Position numbers and translations under genes: made by a program. This document shows, in pieces, positions 29,400 to 39,962 of a stretch of DNA of 64,000 nt (its first letter is position 1; every line of letters starts with the position of its first letter). This DNA is from an uncultured Actinomycetota bacterium (GTDB lineage: Bacteria; Actinomycetota; Actinomycetes; JAHEKZ01). The stretch spans positions 352,001-416,000 of the forward strand of contig CAVURN010000001.1 of NCBI GenBank assembly GCA_963743915.1, read 5' to 3'. The notes under the pieces were generated by a model. That model saw only the letters and a list, made by a program, of their open reading frames with translations, was not told where the DNA came from and ran no database searches.

Positions 29400-32000
29400 G
29401 TGTCCGACCCCTCCGGCGCCGGTTGGTCCCCGACCGGGGCCGAGATCTCCCGAGCCCTGCGTCGGGCGGCGCGCGGACAGACGCTCGACCTCGACGAGGC
29501 CGGTGCTCTCCTCGCGGCGCGCGGTGCGGCCCTCGACGATCTGCTGCACCTCGCGTCCGAGCTGCGCGACCGTGGCCTGGCCGACGCCGGACGCCCGGGC
29601 GTCATCACCTACTCGCGCAAGGTCTTCATCCCGCTCACCCGGCTCTGCCGCGACCGTTGCCACTACTGCACGTTCGTGGCGGCACCGGGTGACGTCCCGT
29701 CGCCGTACCTGTCACCCGACGAGGTGCTCAGCATCGCCCGGGACGGCGCCGCCCTCGCGTGCAAGGAGGCGCTGTTCACGCTGGGGGACCGGCCGGAGGA
29801 CCGGTGGCCGCAGGCCCGTGACTGGCTCGCCTCGCACGGGTACGACAGCACGGTCGGCTACCTGCGGGCCATGGCGGTGCTCGTGCTCGAGGAGACCGGG
29901 CTGCTTCCCCACCTGAACCCTGGTGTGCTGTCGTGGGACGAGCTCCTGACGCTGAAGGCTGTGGCTCCGTCCATGGGCCTGATGCTCGAGACGACCAGCG
30001 TGCGCCTGTGGTCCGAGCCGGGGCAGCCCCATTTCGGCTCGCCGGACAAGGAGCCCGCCGTGCGGCTCCGCACGCTTGCCGACGCCGGCAGGCTCACCAT
30101 CCCCTTCACCACCGGTCTCCTGGTCGGCATCGGCGAGACGGCCGCTGAGCGGGTGGAGACGCTGTGGGCGATCCGTGCGTCGCACCGGGCGCACCGGCAC
30201 GTCCAGGAGGTGATCGTCCAGAACTTCCGCGCCAAGCCTCGCACGGCGATGGCGACGGCACCGGACGCCGACCCGGACGACTACCTCGCCACCGTCGCGG
30301 TCGCACGGGTGGTGCTCGGGCCAGGGATGCGACTGCAGGCGCCACCGAACCTGTCCGACCCCGAGTCGCTGCCCCGCCTCGTCGCAGCCGGCATCGACGA
30401 CTGGGGCGGCGTCAGCCCACTGACGCCGGACCACATCAACCCGGAGCGTCCCTGGCCCCACCTGACGTCGCTCGCCGAGGCCACGGCGCGGGCGGGCTTC
30501 ACCCTGCGCGAGCGCCTGACCGTGCATCCCTCGTATGTGCGGGCCGGTGAGCCGTGGGTCGAGCCCCGTGTGATCGGACACGTCGAGGCACTGCGTGAGC
30601 CGAGCGGGCTCGCCCGCGAGGGCGTCCGGCCCGCGCCCCGGCCGTGGCAGGAGCCGGACGAGGTGTGGAGCACGGGGCGGGTGGACCTGCACGCGGCCAT
30701 CGACCGGGAGGGGCGTCGCTCGGCCGCCCGCAGCGACCTCCAGGAGGCGTTCGGCGACTGGGACGCGGTCCGGGCCGACGCGATCCGGATCGCTGCGCCG
30801 GTCGCGCGCGGGCGGAGCGCACCGGAACGACTGAGCCCCGAGGTCACGGAGGCCCTGCGGCTCTGCGAGCGCAGCCCCTCGCTCCTGCTCGACCCGGCAC
30901 ACGACGGCTCCGCGCTGGCGGTGCTCGGCGCCCGCGGCCGCGACCTGCAGGCCGTGGTCGCAGTGGCGGACGCGGTCCGTCGCGACACCGTGGGGGAGAC
31001 CGTCACGTACGTGGTCAACCGCAACATCAACTTCACCAACATCTGCTACACGGGGTGCCGGTTCTGCGCCTTCGCGCAGCGCCGCTCGGACCCCGACGCG
31101 TACGCGCTGTCGGTCGAGGATGTCGTCGTCCGCGCCACGGAGGCGTGGGAGGTCGGGGCCACGGAGGTCTGCCTGCAGGGCGGCATCGACCCGCAGCTGC
31201 CCGCCACCCACTACCTCGACCTGGTCCGTGCACTGAAGGCAGCGCTGCCCGAGCTGCACGTCCACGCGTTCAGCCCGATGGAGGTGGCGACCGGGGCGGC
31301 GCGGCTCGGCGTGCCCGTGGCCGAGATGGTGGCCCTGCTCGCGGACGCCGGTCTCGACTCCCTGCCGGGAACCGCCGCCGAGATCCTCGACGACGATGTG
31401 CGATGGGTGCTGACGAAGGGCAAGCTGCCGACGAGCACCTGGGTCGACGTCGTGGAGGCCGCGCACCGCGCGGGACTCCGCACCAGCAGCACGATGATGT
31501 TCGGCCACGTCGATCGGCCCGACCACTGGCTGACCCACCTGCGGGTGCTGGCGCAGGTGCAGGACCGCACCGGCGGGTTCACCGAGTTCGTGCCGCTGCC
31601 GTTCGTCCACCGCTCGGCGCCGCTGTACCTGGCCGGCGTCGGTCGCCCCGGTCCGACCCGCGAGGAGACCCAGGCGGTGCACGCCGCGGCGCGGCTGCTG
31701 CTCCACGGGCGGATCGACCACGTGCAGACCTCCTGGGTCAAGCTCGGGGAGGCCGGGGTGGTGGCGATGCTCGGCTCGGGAGCCGACGACCTCGGCGGCA
31801 CGCTGATGGAGGAGACGATCAGCCGGATGGCCGGCAGCGAGCACGGATCGGCCGCCGGGGTGAAGACCCTCGAGAGGTGGGCGGCGTCCGCCGGACGGCC
31901 GGTCCGGCAGCGGAGCACGACCTACGGCGAGGTGCCGGAAGAGCGTCGGGCGGCCGCCCGGCGGCACGACGGCCTGCTCTCCGCCTCCCTCGCCCTGTGA
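29400..32000 (+). CDS. fbiC: Bifunctional FO synthase (CofG-CofH)
   Basis: Two radical SAM motifs CRDRCHYC and CYTGCRFC; [33 protein letters not shown]. Confidence 0.95.
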   Translation: MSDPSGAGWSPTGAEISRALRRAARGQTLDLDEAGALLAARGAALDDLLHLASELRDRGLADAGRPGVITYSRKVFIPLTRLCRDRCHYCTFVAAPGDVPSPYLSPDEVLSIARDGAALACKEALFTLGDRPEDRWPQARDWLASHGYDSTVGYLRAMAVLVLEETGLLPHLNPGVLSWDELLTLKAVAPSMGLMLETTSVRLWSEPGQPHFGSPDKEPAVRLRTLADAGRLTIPFTTGLLVGIGETAAERVETLWAIRASHRAHRHVQEVIVQNFRAKPRTAMATAPDADPDDYLATVAVARVVLGPGMRLQAPPNLSDPESLPRLVAAGIDDWGGVSPLTPDHINPERPWPHLTSLAEATARAGFTLRERLTVHPSYVRAGEPWVEPRVIGHVEALREPSGLAREGVRPAPRPWQEPDEVWSTGRVDLHAAIDREGRRSAARSDLQEAFGDWDAVRADAIRIAAPVARGRSAPERLSPEVTEALRLCERSPSLLLDPAHDGSALAVLGARGRDLQAVVAVADAVRRDTVGETVTYVVNRNINFTNICYTGCRFCAFAQRRSDPDAYALSVEDVVVRATEAWEVGATEVCLQGGIDPQLPATHYLDLVRALKAALPELHVHAFSPMEVATGAARLGVPVAEMVALLADAGLDSLPGTAAEILDDDVRWVLTKGKLPTSTWVDVVEAAHRAGLRTSSTMMFGHVDRPDHWLTHLRVLAQVQDRTGGFTEFVPLPFVHRSAPLYLAGVGRPGPTREETQAVHAAARLLLHGRIDHVQTSWVKLGEAGVVAMLGSGADDLGGTLMEETISRMAGSEHGSAAGVKTLERWAASAGRPVRQRSTTYGEVPEERRAAARRHDGLLSASLAL

Positions 32001-32110
32001 TCTGCCCTGACGTGTCCTGACCCTGCCCTGACCTGCGACGATGCGCGTCGACCGGCGCCTGTCCACAGGCCGGGAAGGTCACGAAAGGCGGGTCAGTACC
32101 AGATCAGGGG

Positions 32111-32140
32111 TTGACAGGGGGGCAGCGACACCCCTGTAAT
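32111..32140 (+). promoter_or_regulatory. whiB promoter with WhiA-type GACAC motif
   Basis: TTGACA-N18-TGTAAT; GACAC at 32127-32131; ACAGGGG/CCCCTGT inverted repeat. Confidence 0.65.
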
Positions 32141-32217
32141 TCCACGCATGTCGTTCGGCCGGCCATGGCCGGGCGGCTCGGTCAAAGCCAGCGAGCGTCG
32201 TCGATGACCGTCGGGGC

Positions 32218-32583
32218 GTGCAGGGTCGAGGAGGCATGGTGACCGAGGCAATCAACCTCATGGACACACAACTCGCAGGGTCCGGGTTCTCAGGACCTGG
32301 ATTCGTCGGTTCCGAGCTCACCGCGCAGGAGTTCGACGACGAGCTCCTGGAGACGCAGGACGTCGAGCTCTCGTGGCAGGAGCGCGCGCTCTGCGCCCAG
32401 ACCGACCCGGAGGCCTTCTTCCCGGAGAAGGGCGGGTCGACCCGGGAGGCCAAGAAGGTCTGCCTCGGGTGTGACGTTCGGGGTGAGTGCCTCGAGTACG
32501 CGCTCGCGCACGACGAGCGGTTCGGCATCTGGGGCGGGCTCTCCGAGCGCGAGCGCCGCCGACTGAAGAAGGAAGCCGTCTAG
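32218..32583 (+). CDS. whiB: WhiB family Fe-S transcription factor (WhiB/WhiB2 type); true start may be ATG 32236 or 32259-32262 region
   Basis: WQERALCAQTDPEAFFPEKGGSTREAKKVC..C.VR.ECLEYAL..DERFGIWGGLSERERR. Confidence 0.96.
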   Translation: MQGRGGMVTEAINLMDTQLAGSGFSGPGFVGSELTAQEFDDELLETQDVELSWQERALCAQTDPEAFFPEKGGSTREAKKVCLGCDVRGECLEYALAHDERFGIWGGLSERERRRLKKEAV

Positions 32584-32652
32584 CTCACCGGCTCAGAGCC
32601 GGACGCCCGCGACCGGCTTCGGTCGACCGCCCCGTAGGGTGGGCCGCCGACC

Positions 32653-35600
32653 ATGACCCAGGACGTCCCCTTCCGCGCGACGCCCGACGACCCCGGTGTC
32701 GTCGCGGTGCTCGTCAGCCACGACGGGGCCGCCTTCCTCCCCCGCACCCTCGCCGCTCTCGCGGCGCTCGACCCCGCGCCCGACGCGGTGGTGGCGGTCG
32801 ACACCGGGTCGGAGGACGCCTCGCTCGCCCTGCTGCAGGGGACCACCGTGATCGACCAGGTCGTGCGCCTGCCGCGCGAGACCGGTTTCGCCGCGGCCGT
32901 CCACGCCGGGGCCGACAGCGCCCCGGACTCCGCCTGGCTCTGGGTGCTCCACGACGACAGCGCGCCCGAGCCGGGCTCGCTCGGGGTGCTGCTGCGCCAC
33001 GCTGAGGAACAGCCCTCGGTCGCGGTGTGGGGCCCGAAGGTGCTCGGCTGGGACGAGCCCAGGCGGCTGCTCGAGGTCGGCGTCAGCATCACACGTTCCG
33101 GTCGTCGGTACACCGGCCTCGAGGCGGGCGAGCAGGACCAGGGTCAGTACGAGGGCCAACGCGAGGTGCTCGCCGTCGGCAGCGCAGGCGCGCTCGTCCG
33201 GCGGGAGGTCTGGAGCGACCTCGGCGGGTTCGACCGGGTGCTCCGCTACTTCCGCGAGGACGTCGACTTCGGGTGGCGCGTGAACCTCGCGGGTCATCGC
33301 GTCGTCGTCGCCACTGACGCGGTGGTGCACCACGCCGAGGCGATGGCTCGTGGACGCCGGGCGGGTGCGGCCGGTGACGCCCACTCCATCGACCGGGTCA
33401 GCGCGCTGTACACGCTGCTGGCGAACGGGCGGTCGACGACGCTGGTGTTCCGGTGGCTGTGGCTGCTCCTCCAGACCCTCGTCCGCGCCCTCGGTTTCGT
33501 GCTCGGCAAGGCGCCGCGTGAGGCGGCCGCCGAGACCGGCGCGATCGGCGCGGTGCTGCTGCGCCCCCGACGCGTGCTGCGGGCGCGACGGGCGCGACGA
33601 CGCTGGCGGACGGTGGGCGCGCGGTCGCTGCGATCGCTGTTCCCGCCGCCGGGACAGCAGGTGCGGCACACGCTGGAGTCGGTGGCCAGCACCCTGACCG
33701 TCGAGGTCGACGTGTCACCGAGCGTCGAGAGCGGGCCGGTGGAGGAGGACCTCGACTCCTTCGTGTCGACCGGGTCCGGCCGCCTCCGGCGGCTCGTCCG
33801 CCGACCCGGCGTGCTGCTCTTCGCCGCTGTGGTGCTCGTCCAGCTGGTCGCCTGGCGCGGCCTGTTCCAGGGCGGCGTGCTGCACGGGGGCGCCCTGCTC
33901 CCTGTCCCCACCGGTGCCTCGGACCTGTGGCAGGCCTACACCGCCGCCTGGCACCCGGTCCAGCTGGGCAGCGACACCATGGCTCACCCGTCCACGGCGG
34001 TCCTGGCGCTGCTCGCCACCCTGCTGCTGGGCCACGGGACGTGGGTGGTCCCGACCCTGCTCGTGGTCGGCCCGGCCCTGGCCGGGGTGCTCGCCTACCA
34101 GGTCACTCGGTCGTTCGGGCTGTCGCAGCGCCTGCGGCTGTGGATCGGAGCCGCCTATGCGTTGAACCCGGTCCTGCTCGCGGCGACGGCACAAGGACGG
34201 TGGACCACGGTGCTCGTGGCGGTGCTGCTGCCGCTGCTCGCGGTGGCGGGGGCCAGGGCCCTGGGGGTCGCCGCGGCCGAGCCGTCGGGCCGGGCCGCCG
34301 CCGTTGCGGTCCTGCTGACCGCTGTCGTGGTCGCGCTCTCGCCGGCGCTGCTGGTCCCGCTCGCCGCCCTCCTCGTCCTGGCCGCGGCGCGAGCGCGCTC
34401 ACGCCGGGCTCGACGCAACGCCCTGGCGGTGCTGCTCGCCCCGCTCCTGCTGCTGCTGCCGTGGTGGCCAGCGGTGTTCTCCGACCCGACGGTGCTGCTG
34501 CTCGAGCCGGGCGTCCCCATGACCAGCGACAGTGAGCCGGCGTGGCAGGTGCTCTTCCTCGACCCCGGCGGGTGGTGGTCCGCACCCTGGTGGTTCGGCG
34601 CCGTCTTCGTGGTCCTCCTCGTCGCTGCGGTGCTGCGCGCCCAGCAGGTGCGCGCGGTGCGGGTCGGTCTCGCCGTGACCGCACTGGCCCTCACGTGGTC
34701 ACTCGTGCTCGAGGCGGTGACCGTGCAGCCGGACGTCGCGAGCGGACCCGTGCTGCCCTGGTCCGGGTCCACCCTGCTCGTGGCGCTGGCGGCCGGACTG
34801 GTCACCGCGGCGGTCGCCGCGAGGGGCAGCCGGGAGCGCGCACGGACCGCGGCCTTCAGCTGGCGGCAGCCGGCTCTCGCGATGGTGACGGCGCTGGCCC
34901 TGCTCAGCCCCGTGGTGTGGGGGGTCACCTGGCTGACCCGAGGTGCGGGTGACCCGATCGACCGAGGCACCGCCAACCCCTTGCCGGCCTTCGTCCGGGC
35001 GCAGTCGGCGCTTCCCGAGCAGATCCGCACCCTCGTGCTCCAGCCGGTCGACGGCCGGCTGGCCTACACGGTCCTGCGCAACCGCGACGCCCAGTGGGGT
35101 GACGTCGAGACGGCGCCCGCCGTCGCCGACCTGGACTCGTTCAGCACGGTGGTCTCCGACCTGGCCTCCGGACGCGGCAGCGCGCCGGTCGACGAGCTGG
35201 CCACCCACGCCGTCCAGTTCGTCCTCGCCATGGCCCCCGTCGACCCCGACCTCGAGGTGGCCCTCGACTCGGCGCCGGGCCTGCTGCGGATCGCGAACCC
35301 GGGGGAGTCCTCCCTGTGGCGCGTGCAGATCCCGACGGGACGGATCCGGGTGCTCGCCGACGAGGTGCGCACGGTGGTGGCCTCGGAGGTTCCGGGTGAT
35401 CCGGCAGCAGCGCAGGCCGAGCTCCCGGTCGGGACCACCGACCGCATGCTCGAGCTGGCCGAGCTGGCCGACGACGGCTGGCAGGGGGTCGAGAGCACCG
35501 ACGGCGTCGAGCGTGCCCTGTCGCCGCGCGCCACCGGTGAGCTCCAGCGGTTCACCGTCTCCGCCGACGCCGGCACCGTCACGCTCCAGGTCGAGGACGC

Positions 35601-35700
35601 GCCGCGCACCTGGATGCTCTGGGCGCAGCTGGTGCTGGTGCTGGTCGCCGTCGTGGTCGCCCTGCCCGGCCGGTCGCGCGTCGAGGAGGACGTCGTATGA
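32653..35700 (+). CDS. GT2 glycosyltransferase fused to a large membrane domain
   Basis: AVDTGS, WLWVLHDDSAP, GPKVLGW, GGFD, FREDVDFGWR; many C-terminal TMs; usual whiB neighbour. Confidence 0.85.
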   Translation: MTQDVPFRATPDDPGVVAVLVSHDGAAFLPRTLAALAALDPAPDAVVAVDTGSEDASLALLQGTTVIDQVVRLPRETGFAAAVHAGADSAPDSAWLWVLHDDSAPEPGSLGVLLRHAEEQPSVAVWGPKVLGWDEPRRLLEVGVSITRSGRRYTGLEAGEQDQGQYEGQREVLAVGSAGALVRREVWSDLGGFDRVLRYFREDVDFGWRVNLAGHRVVVATDAVVHHAEAMARGRRAGAAGDAHSIDRVSALYTLLANGRSTTLVFRWLWLLLQTLVRALGFVLGKAPREAAAETGAIGAVLLRPRRVLRARRARRRWRTVGARSLRSLFPPPGQQVRHTLESVASTLTVEVDVSPSVESGPVEEDLDSFVSTGSGRLRRLVRRPGVLLFAAVVLVQLVAWRGLFQGGVLHGGALLPVPTGASDLWQAYTAAWHPVQLGSDTMAHPSTAVLALLATLLLGHGTWVVPTLLVVGPALAGVLAYQVTRSFGLSQRLRLWIGAAYALNPVLLAATAQGRWTTVLVAVLLPLLAVAGARALGVAAAEPSGRAAAVAVLLTAVVVALSPALLVPLAALLVLAAARARSRRARRNALAVLLAPLLLLLPWWPAVFSDPTVLLLEPGVPMTSDSEPAWQVLFLDPGGWWSAPWWFGAVFVVLLVAAVLRAQQVRAVRVGLAVTALALTWSLVLEAVTVQPDVASGPVLPWSGSTLLVALAAGLVTAAVAARGSRERARTAAFSWRQPALAMVTALALLSPVVWGVTWLTRGAGDPIDRGTANPLPAFVRAQSALPEQIRTLVLQPVDGRLAYTVLRNRDAQWGDVETAPAVADLDSFSTVVSDLASGRGSAPVDELATHAVQFVLAMAPVDPDLEVALDSAPGLLRIANPGESSLWRVQIPTGRIRVLADEVRTVVASEVPGDPAAAQAELPVGTTDRMLELAELADDGWQGVESTDGVERALSPRATGELQRFTVSADAGTVTLQVEDAPRTWMLWAQLVLVLVAVVVALPGRSRVEEDVV

Positions 35701-37211
35701 CGCGGGCTGTGCCGTTGTGGCGGCGGCCGGGGTTCCAGGCCGTCGGTGCCCTTCTCGTGCTGGTCGGCGCCGGCCTCGCGGCGACGAGTCTGGCCGCCGA
35801 TCGCGGGGCACCCGAGCCGACCACCCCGGTGGTCGTCCCCGTCAGTGAGACCGTCGTCGCCTGTCCGGGTCTGCGGTCCCGCGAAGGATTCACCGAGTCG
35901 ACGGTCGCGGCGGCCACGCCACCGGAGGTCCCCGGTGTCGACGCCGCGGCTCTGGGCAGCGGGGTGGTCCGGACCCTCTCGCCGCGCGAGTCGCAGGAGA
36001 AGACCCTGATCAGCCTCCGTGAGCCTGGGGACCGCGGCATCTACGTGGGGCGCAACGGGGAGCGCGACTCGGTCACCGGCGCCGCAACCGGCTCACTGGC
36101 CCCCGGTTTCTCCGTGACCCAGACCGAACGCACGGTGGACGGTCAGGGCCGGGGGCTCGCCGCCACGCAGTGCCAGCCGACGAGCACCGACTTCTGGTTC
36201 GTCGGTCCGGCCTCCGACGTCGGGCAGCGGGCGGTCCTGGTGCTCACCAACCCGGAAGCGGCGACGGCGATCGTCGACGTCACGCTGCACGGCCGGCGCG
36301 GACTCGTGGACGCCCCGGGTGCGCGCGGCGTCCAGGTCGAGCCACGCACGAGCGTCGAGCTGCGGCTCGACGAGGTCGCCCCCGGCGAGAAGGTGCTGGC
36401 GGTCCACGTGCAGGTGCGGGTGGGTCGGCTCTCGGCCGCGATCACCGAGACCGACGTCTTCGGCTTCGATCCGAAGGGCACCGACTGGTTCCCCGCGGCG
36501 CAGCCTCCGGACGTCACCCAGGTGGTCCCAGGGGTGCCGGGCGTGCGTGAGGGCCGCGCGTCCGACGTCCGGCTCGACCTGGTGGCCCCGGGCGAGGCGG
36601 CGGTGGTGACGCTGTCGATCGTCACCCCCGAGGGCTCGTTCGCCCCGCAGGGTGCCGACGTCGTCGACGTCCCCGCCGGCGGGGTGGCGTCGGTCGACCT
36701 GACCAAGGCGCTCCGCGGGGAGCCGGCAGCGATCGTCATCAGCTCCGACGCACCCGTCACGGCCGGGGCCCGTGTCGAGCTGAGGAACCCCGACATCTAC
36801 GGTGACCTGCTCTTCCTCGCCGCCGCCGCTCCCCTGGACGCCCCGGCGGTCGTCCCGGACAACCGCACCAGCGAGGACCTCACCACCCGGCTCATCCTGT
36901 CCGCGCCGGAGGGCGCGACGTCCGCCTCCGTGACCGGCTTCGCGCAGGGCCGCGACTGGAACGCCGGACGGGTCGATCTCGCCGCGGGCACCACCGACGG
37001 CCTGGCCATCGACCCGCCCAAGAGCCAGGGCGGCCGACCGATCGAGTCGTTCGGTCTGATCGTGACGCCGCACGGGGACGAGCCGCTCTACGTCGTCCGG
37101 ATGCTCGACGAGGAGGGTCCGCGTGGCCCGTTGGTCACCTCCTTCCCGCTGAGAACCGCGCGTCTGCAGGTCGAGGTGCCCGAGGCGTACCCCGACGTCG
37201 CCGCCGGGTAG
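35697..37211 (+). CDS. DUF5719 family secreted protein
   Basis: N-terminal TM, GLAATQC, FWFVG, LVLTNP; ATGA overlap with GT2; synteny. Confidence 0.75.
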   Translation: MTRAVPLWRRPGFQAVGALLVLVGAGLAATSLAADRGAPEPTTPVVVPVSETVVACPGLRSREGFTESTVAAATPPEVPGVDAAALGSGVVRTLSPRESQEKTLISLREPGDRGIYVGRNGERDSVTGAATGSLAPGFSVTQTERTVDGQGRGLAATQCQPTSTDFWFVGPASDVGQRAVLVLTNPEAATAIVDVTLHGRRGLVDAPGARGVQVEPRTSVELRLDEVAPGEKVLAVHVQVRVGRLSAAITETDVFGFDPKGTDWFPAAQPPDVTQVVPGVPGVREGRASDVRLDLVAPGEAAVVTLSIVTPEGSFAPQGADVVDVPAGGVASVDLTKALRGEPAAIVISSDAPVTAGARVELRNPDIYGDLLFLAAAAPLDAPAVVPDNRTSEDLTTRLILSAPEGATSASVTGFAQGRDWNAGRVDLAAGTTDGLAIDPPKSQGGRPIESFGLIVTPHGDEPLYVVRMLDEEGPRGPLVTSFPLRTARLQVEVPEAYPDVAAG

Positions 37212-37215
37212 CTCG

Positions 37216-37668
37216 CTACCAGCCGTCGGGGTCGAGGTCGTCAGGATCCGTGCCGGTGGCCTCGGCCACCTGCGCCGCGAGGGTCTGACGCACGAGCGTC
37301 CGCAGCGCCGACGGCTGGTCGGCCCACAGCAGCAGCGGCCGGGCGTACAGCACCACCACCAGGGCGACCGCGTTCGGCGCGTCGGCGGCCGCGCCCGCCC
37401 ACTCGTGGGTGCCGAGGAGGGCGCCTGCGGCGACGTCGTCCGGCCCGGTCCGCGCGACCACCTCGGGCGGGGGCAGCTCACGGATCTCGACGGTGAACGG
37501 GGGGAGCGTCGGTGCCCGTGCCGTCAGCCGGTCGACGGCCCGGTCGACCTCGACGCCGAGCCGGTCACGCGGCACCAGCGCCCCCGGAAAGGCGCCGGCG
37601 GCCACGCGCAGCGGCCGTCCATGGCGATGACGCCGCAACCGTCGGTGCGGAGGACGGCGGTCGGTCAT
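37216..37668 (-). CDS. Zincin-like metallopeptidase family protein (Rv3259-like), degenerate
   Basis: RHRHGRPLR, VVLYARPL, QVAEATGTDPDDLDP; divergent from DUF3499. Confidence 0.65.
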   Translation of the reverse strand: MTDRRPPHRRLRRHRHGRPLRVAAGAFPGALVPRDRLGVEVDRAVDRLTARAPTLPPFTVEIRELPPPEVVARTGPDDVAAGALLGTHEWAGAAADAPNAVALVVVLYARPLLLWADQPSALRTLVRQTLAAQVAEATGTDPDDLDPDGW

Positions 37669-37751
37669 GGCGCCAGGGTAGGCGGCGACACGTCGGCCCT
37701 CGTGCGTCAAATGCCCCGATCCGTCGCGAGCTGCGGGTACCGTCGCGCAGC

Positions 37752-38120
37752 GTGAGCCCCATGAGGCGCTGCTCGCGCACCGCGTGCAACCGCGCCGCCG
37801 TCGCGACGCTCACGTACGTCTACGCGGACTCGACAGCGGTGCTCGGTCCCCTCGCGACCTACGCGGAGCCGCACTGCTACGACCTGTGCGAGGTCCACGG
37901 GGAGCGGCTCACCGCCCCTCGGGGCTGGGAGATCGTCCGGCTGGCTCCTGATCCGGCTCTGCTCGGCCCCAGCAGCGACGACCTCGAGGCGCTGGCCGAC
38001 GCGGTCCGCGAGGCGGGTCGCCCGACCGGGCCGGAGCCCTCGACCCCGCCCCCCGCACCCGAGCACGGACGGCGGGGCCATCTCTGGGTGCTGCCGCCCC
38101 TGCAGGACACCGAGGTGTGA
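37752..38120 (+). CDS. DUF3499 domain protein
   Basis: RRCSRTAC..AVATLTYVYADSTAVLGPL...EPHCYDLC..H..LTAPRGW; DDLEALADAVRE; RRGHL. Confidence 0.92.
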   Translation: MSPMRRCSRTACNRAAVATLTYVYADSTAVLGPLATYAEPHCYDLCEVHGERLTAPRGWEIVRLAPDPALLGPSSDDLEALADAVREAGRPTGPEPSTPPPAPEHGRRGHLWVLPPLQDTEV

Positions 38121-38129
38121 GGCTGTCCG

Positions 38130-38173
38130 TTTAGACCCTTTATTACCTTTGGGGATTTACGTCCTTTACGTCC
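38130..38173 (+). repeat. AT-rich array of about 9-bp direct repeats
   Basis: TTTAGACCC TTTATTACC TTTGGGGA TTTACGTCC TTTACGTCC. Confidence 0.75.
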
Positions 38174-38179
38174 CGTAAT

Positions 38180-38208
38180 TCAAGGCCTCCGCGCCCTCGG
38201 GCCGATAG
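38180..38208 (+). promoter_or_regulatory. Sigma-28 (FliA/WhiG)-type promoter
   Basis: TCAAG-N16-GCCGATAG; the -10 is one base from GCCGATAA. Confidence 0.65.
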
Positions 38209-38268
38209 GTGGGGAGTCGGCTCGACCGGCGGCGGTCCTGCGGAGGGCCGCGACACCGAGGAGGAACC

Positions 38269-38526
38269 ATGGCCCGCAGCGCCACCCCTGCCCTGAACGT
38301 CCCGCTCGGCTCGCTCACCCAGGCCGGCGCCCGCGCCGACGTGGTCTGCGCCGAGTGCAGCAGCGACCGGGTGACCCACCTGGCGATGACCCTCACCGAC
38401 GGCACACCGGTGGAGTTCGTCTCGTGCCACCGGTGCGAGCACAAGACGTGGGTCGACGCCAGCGGCGTGCAGCACCGCGAGATGCCGGTGGCGACCGTCC
38501 TCGACAAGACGCGCAAGGAGCGCTGA
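38269..38526 (+). CDS. Small zinc-ribbon protein (85 aa), function unknown
   Basis: GAGGAGGA RBS; CAEC...CHRC; GC-skewed codons. Confidence 0.8.
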   Translation: MARSATPALNVPLGSLTQAGARADVVCAECSSDRVTHLAMTLTDGTPVEFVSCHRCEHKTWVDASGVQHREMPVATVLDKTRKER

Positions 38527-38552
38527 ACCCGCGCTCGATAGGCTCACCCGTC

Positions 38553-39962
38553 GTGACCCACGACCGCCACGACGAGCAGCTATCCGTCGACCCCGCCACG
38601 CTCGCCGCCATCGTCAAGGCCTACGACATCCGCGGGGTGGTGCCCGACCAGCTCGATGCCGGTCTCTGCCGCGCCGTGGGCAATGCGTTCGTCCAGGTGC
38701 TCGCTGCCGAGGGTGCGGTTCCCGGCGTCGTGGTCGGCTACGACATGCGACCGAGCTCGCCGGCGCTTGCGGAGGCGTTCGCTGCAGGCGCAGCAGCGGC
38801 CGGCGTCGACGTCACCGTCATCGGCCTGGCCAGCACCGACGAGCTCTACTGTGCCTCCGGCCTGCTGGGGCTCCCGGGAGCGATGTTCACCGCGAGCCAC
38901 AACCCCGCGCAGTACAACGGGATCAAGCTCTGCCGTGCCCATGCCGCGCCGGTCGGGCAGGACACCGGACTGGGCCAGATCCGGGAGGCCGTGGCCGGCG
39001 GAACGTACGTCACCGCCGCTGCCCCCGGACGTGTGGTGCATCGCGACATGCTGACCGAGTACGTCGCCCACCTGCGGTCGCTGGTCGACCTCAGCGCGAT
39101 CCGACCGCTGACGGTGGTGGTCGACGCAGGCAACGGCATGGCCGGCCTCACCGCTCCCGCGGTGTTCGAGGGCCTGCCGCTCACCGTCGTGCCGCTCTAC
39201 TTCGAGCTCGACGGCACGTTCCCCAACCACGAGGCCAACCCGATCGAGCCCGAGAACCTGCGTGACCTGCAGGCGGCGGTGCGTGAGCACGGAGCCGATC
39301 TCGGGCTGGCGTTCGACGGTGACGCGGACCGCTGCTTCGTCGTCGACGAGAAGGGCGACGTGGTGTCACCCAGCGTGCTGACCGCGTTGATCGCCGATCG
39401 CGAGCTGGCCCGGGTCCCTGGCAGCACGGTGATCCACAACCTGATCACCAGTCGTGTGGTGCCCGAGGTCGTCGCCGAAGCAGGAGGTACCGCGGTGCGC
39501 ACCCGGGTGGGCCACTCGTTCATCAAGGCCGTCATGGCCGAGACCGGAGCGGTGTTCGGCGGCGAGCACTCCGGCCACTTCTACTTCCGCGACTTCTGGC
39601 GCGCCGACTCCGGCATGCTCGCCGCCCTGCACGTGCTCGCGGCCAGAGGTGCAGGCGATGTACCACTCTCCGACCTGCTGGCGCGGTACGACCGCTATGT
39701 GGCGAGCGGGGAGATCAACTCGACCGTGACGGACCAGGCGGCGACCACGGCGGCGATCAAGGCGAGCTGGGGAGCGCGTCCGGGTGTGACGCTCGACGAG
39801 ATGGACGGCCTGACGGTGGCTGCGGACTCCTGGTGGTTCAACGTGCGGCCCAGCAACACCGAGCCGCTGCTTCGGCTGAACGTCGAGGCGCGCGACGAGG
39901 CGACGTTGACGTCGGTGCGCGACGAGGTGCTCGCGCAGATCCGCGGGGCAGGGGTGGCGTGA
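38553..39962 (+). CDS. manB: Phosphomannomutase/phosphoglucomutase
   Basis: KAYDIRG, TASHNP, DGDADR, GGEHSGH, RPSNTEP. Confidence 0.93.
   Translation: MTHDRHDEQLSVDPATLAAIVKAYDIRGVVPDQLDAGLCRAVGNAFVQVLAAEGAVPGVVVGYDMRPSSPALAEAFAAGAAAAGVDVTVIGLASTDELYCASGLLGLPGAMFTASHNPAQYNGIKLCRAHAAPVGQDTGLGQIREAVAGGTYVTAAAPGRVVHRDMLTEYVAHLRSLVDLSAIRPLTVVVDAGNGMAGLTAPAVFEGLPLTVVPLYFELDGTFPNHEANPIEPENLRDLQAAVREHGADLGLAFDGDADRCFVVDEKGDVVSPSVLTALIADRELARVPGSTVIHNLITSRVVPEVVAEAGGTAVRTRVGHSFIKAVMAETGAVFGGEHSGHFYFRDFWRADSGMLAALHVLAARGAGDVPLSDLLARYDRYVASGEINSTVTDQAATTAAIKASWGARPGVTLDEMDGLTVAADSWWFNVRPSNTEPLLRLNVEARDEATLTSVRDEVLAQIRGAGVA

Noticed and set aside
31998-32037. CCTGA-type repeats with about 10-bp period after fbiC (similar at 14465-14492)
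   Set aside because: Short and degenerate with no spacers; not a CRISPR array, and no function can be supported.
29712-32066. 784-aa minus-strand ORF
   Set aside because: Shadow of fbiC.
32059-32067. DnaA-box-like CTGTCCACA
   Set aside because: Single mismatched copy with no origin context.
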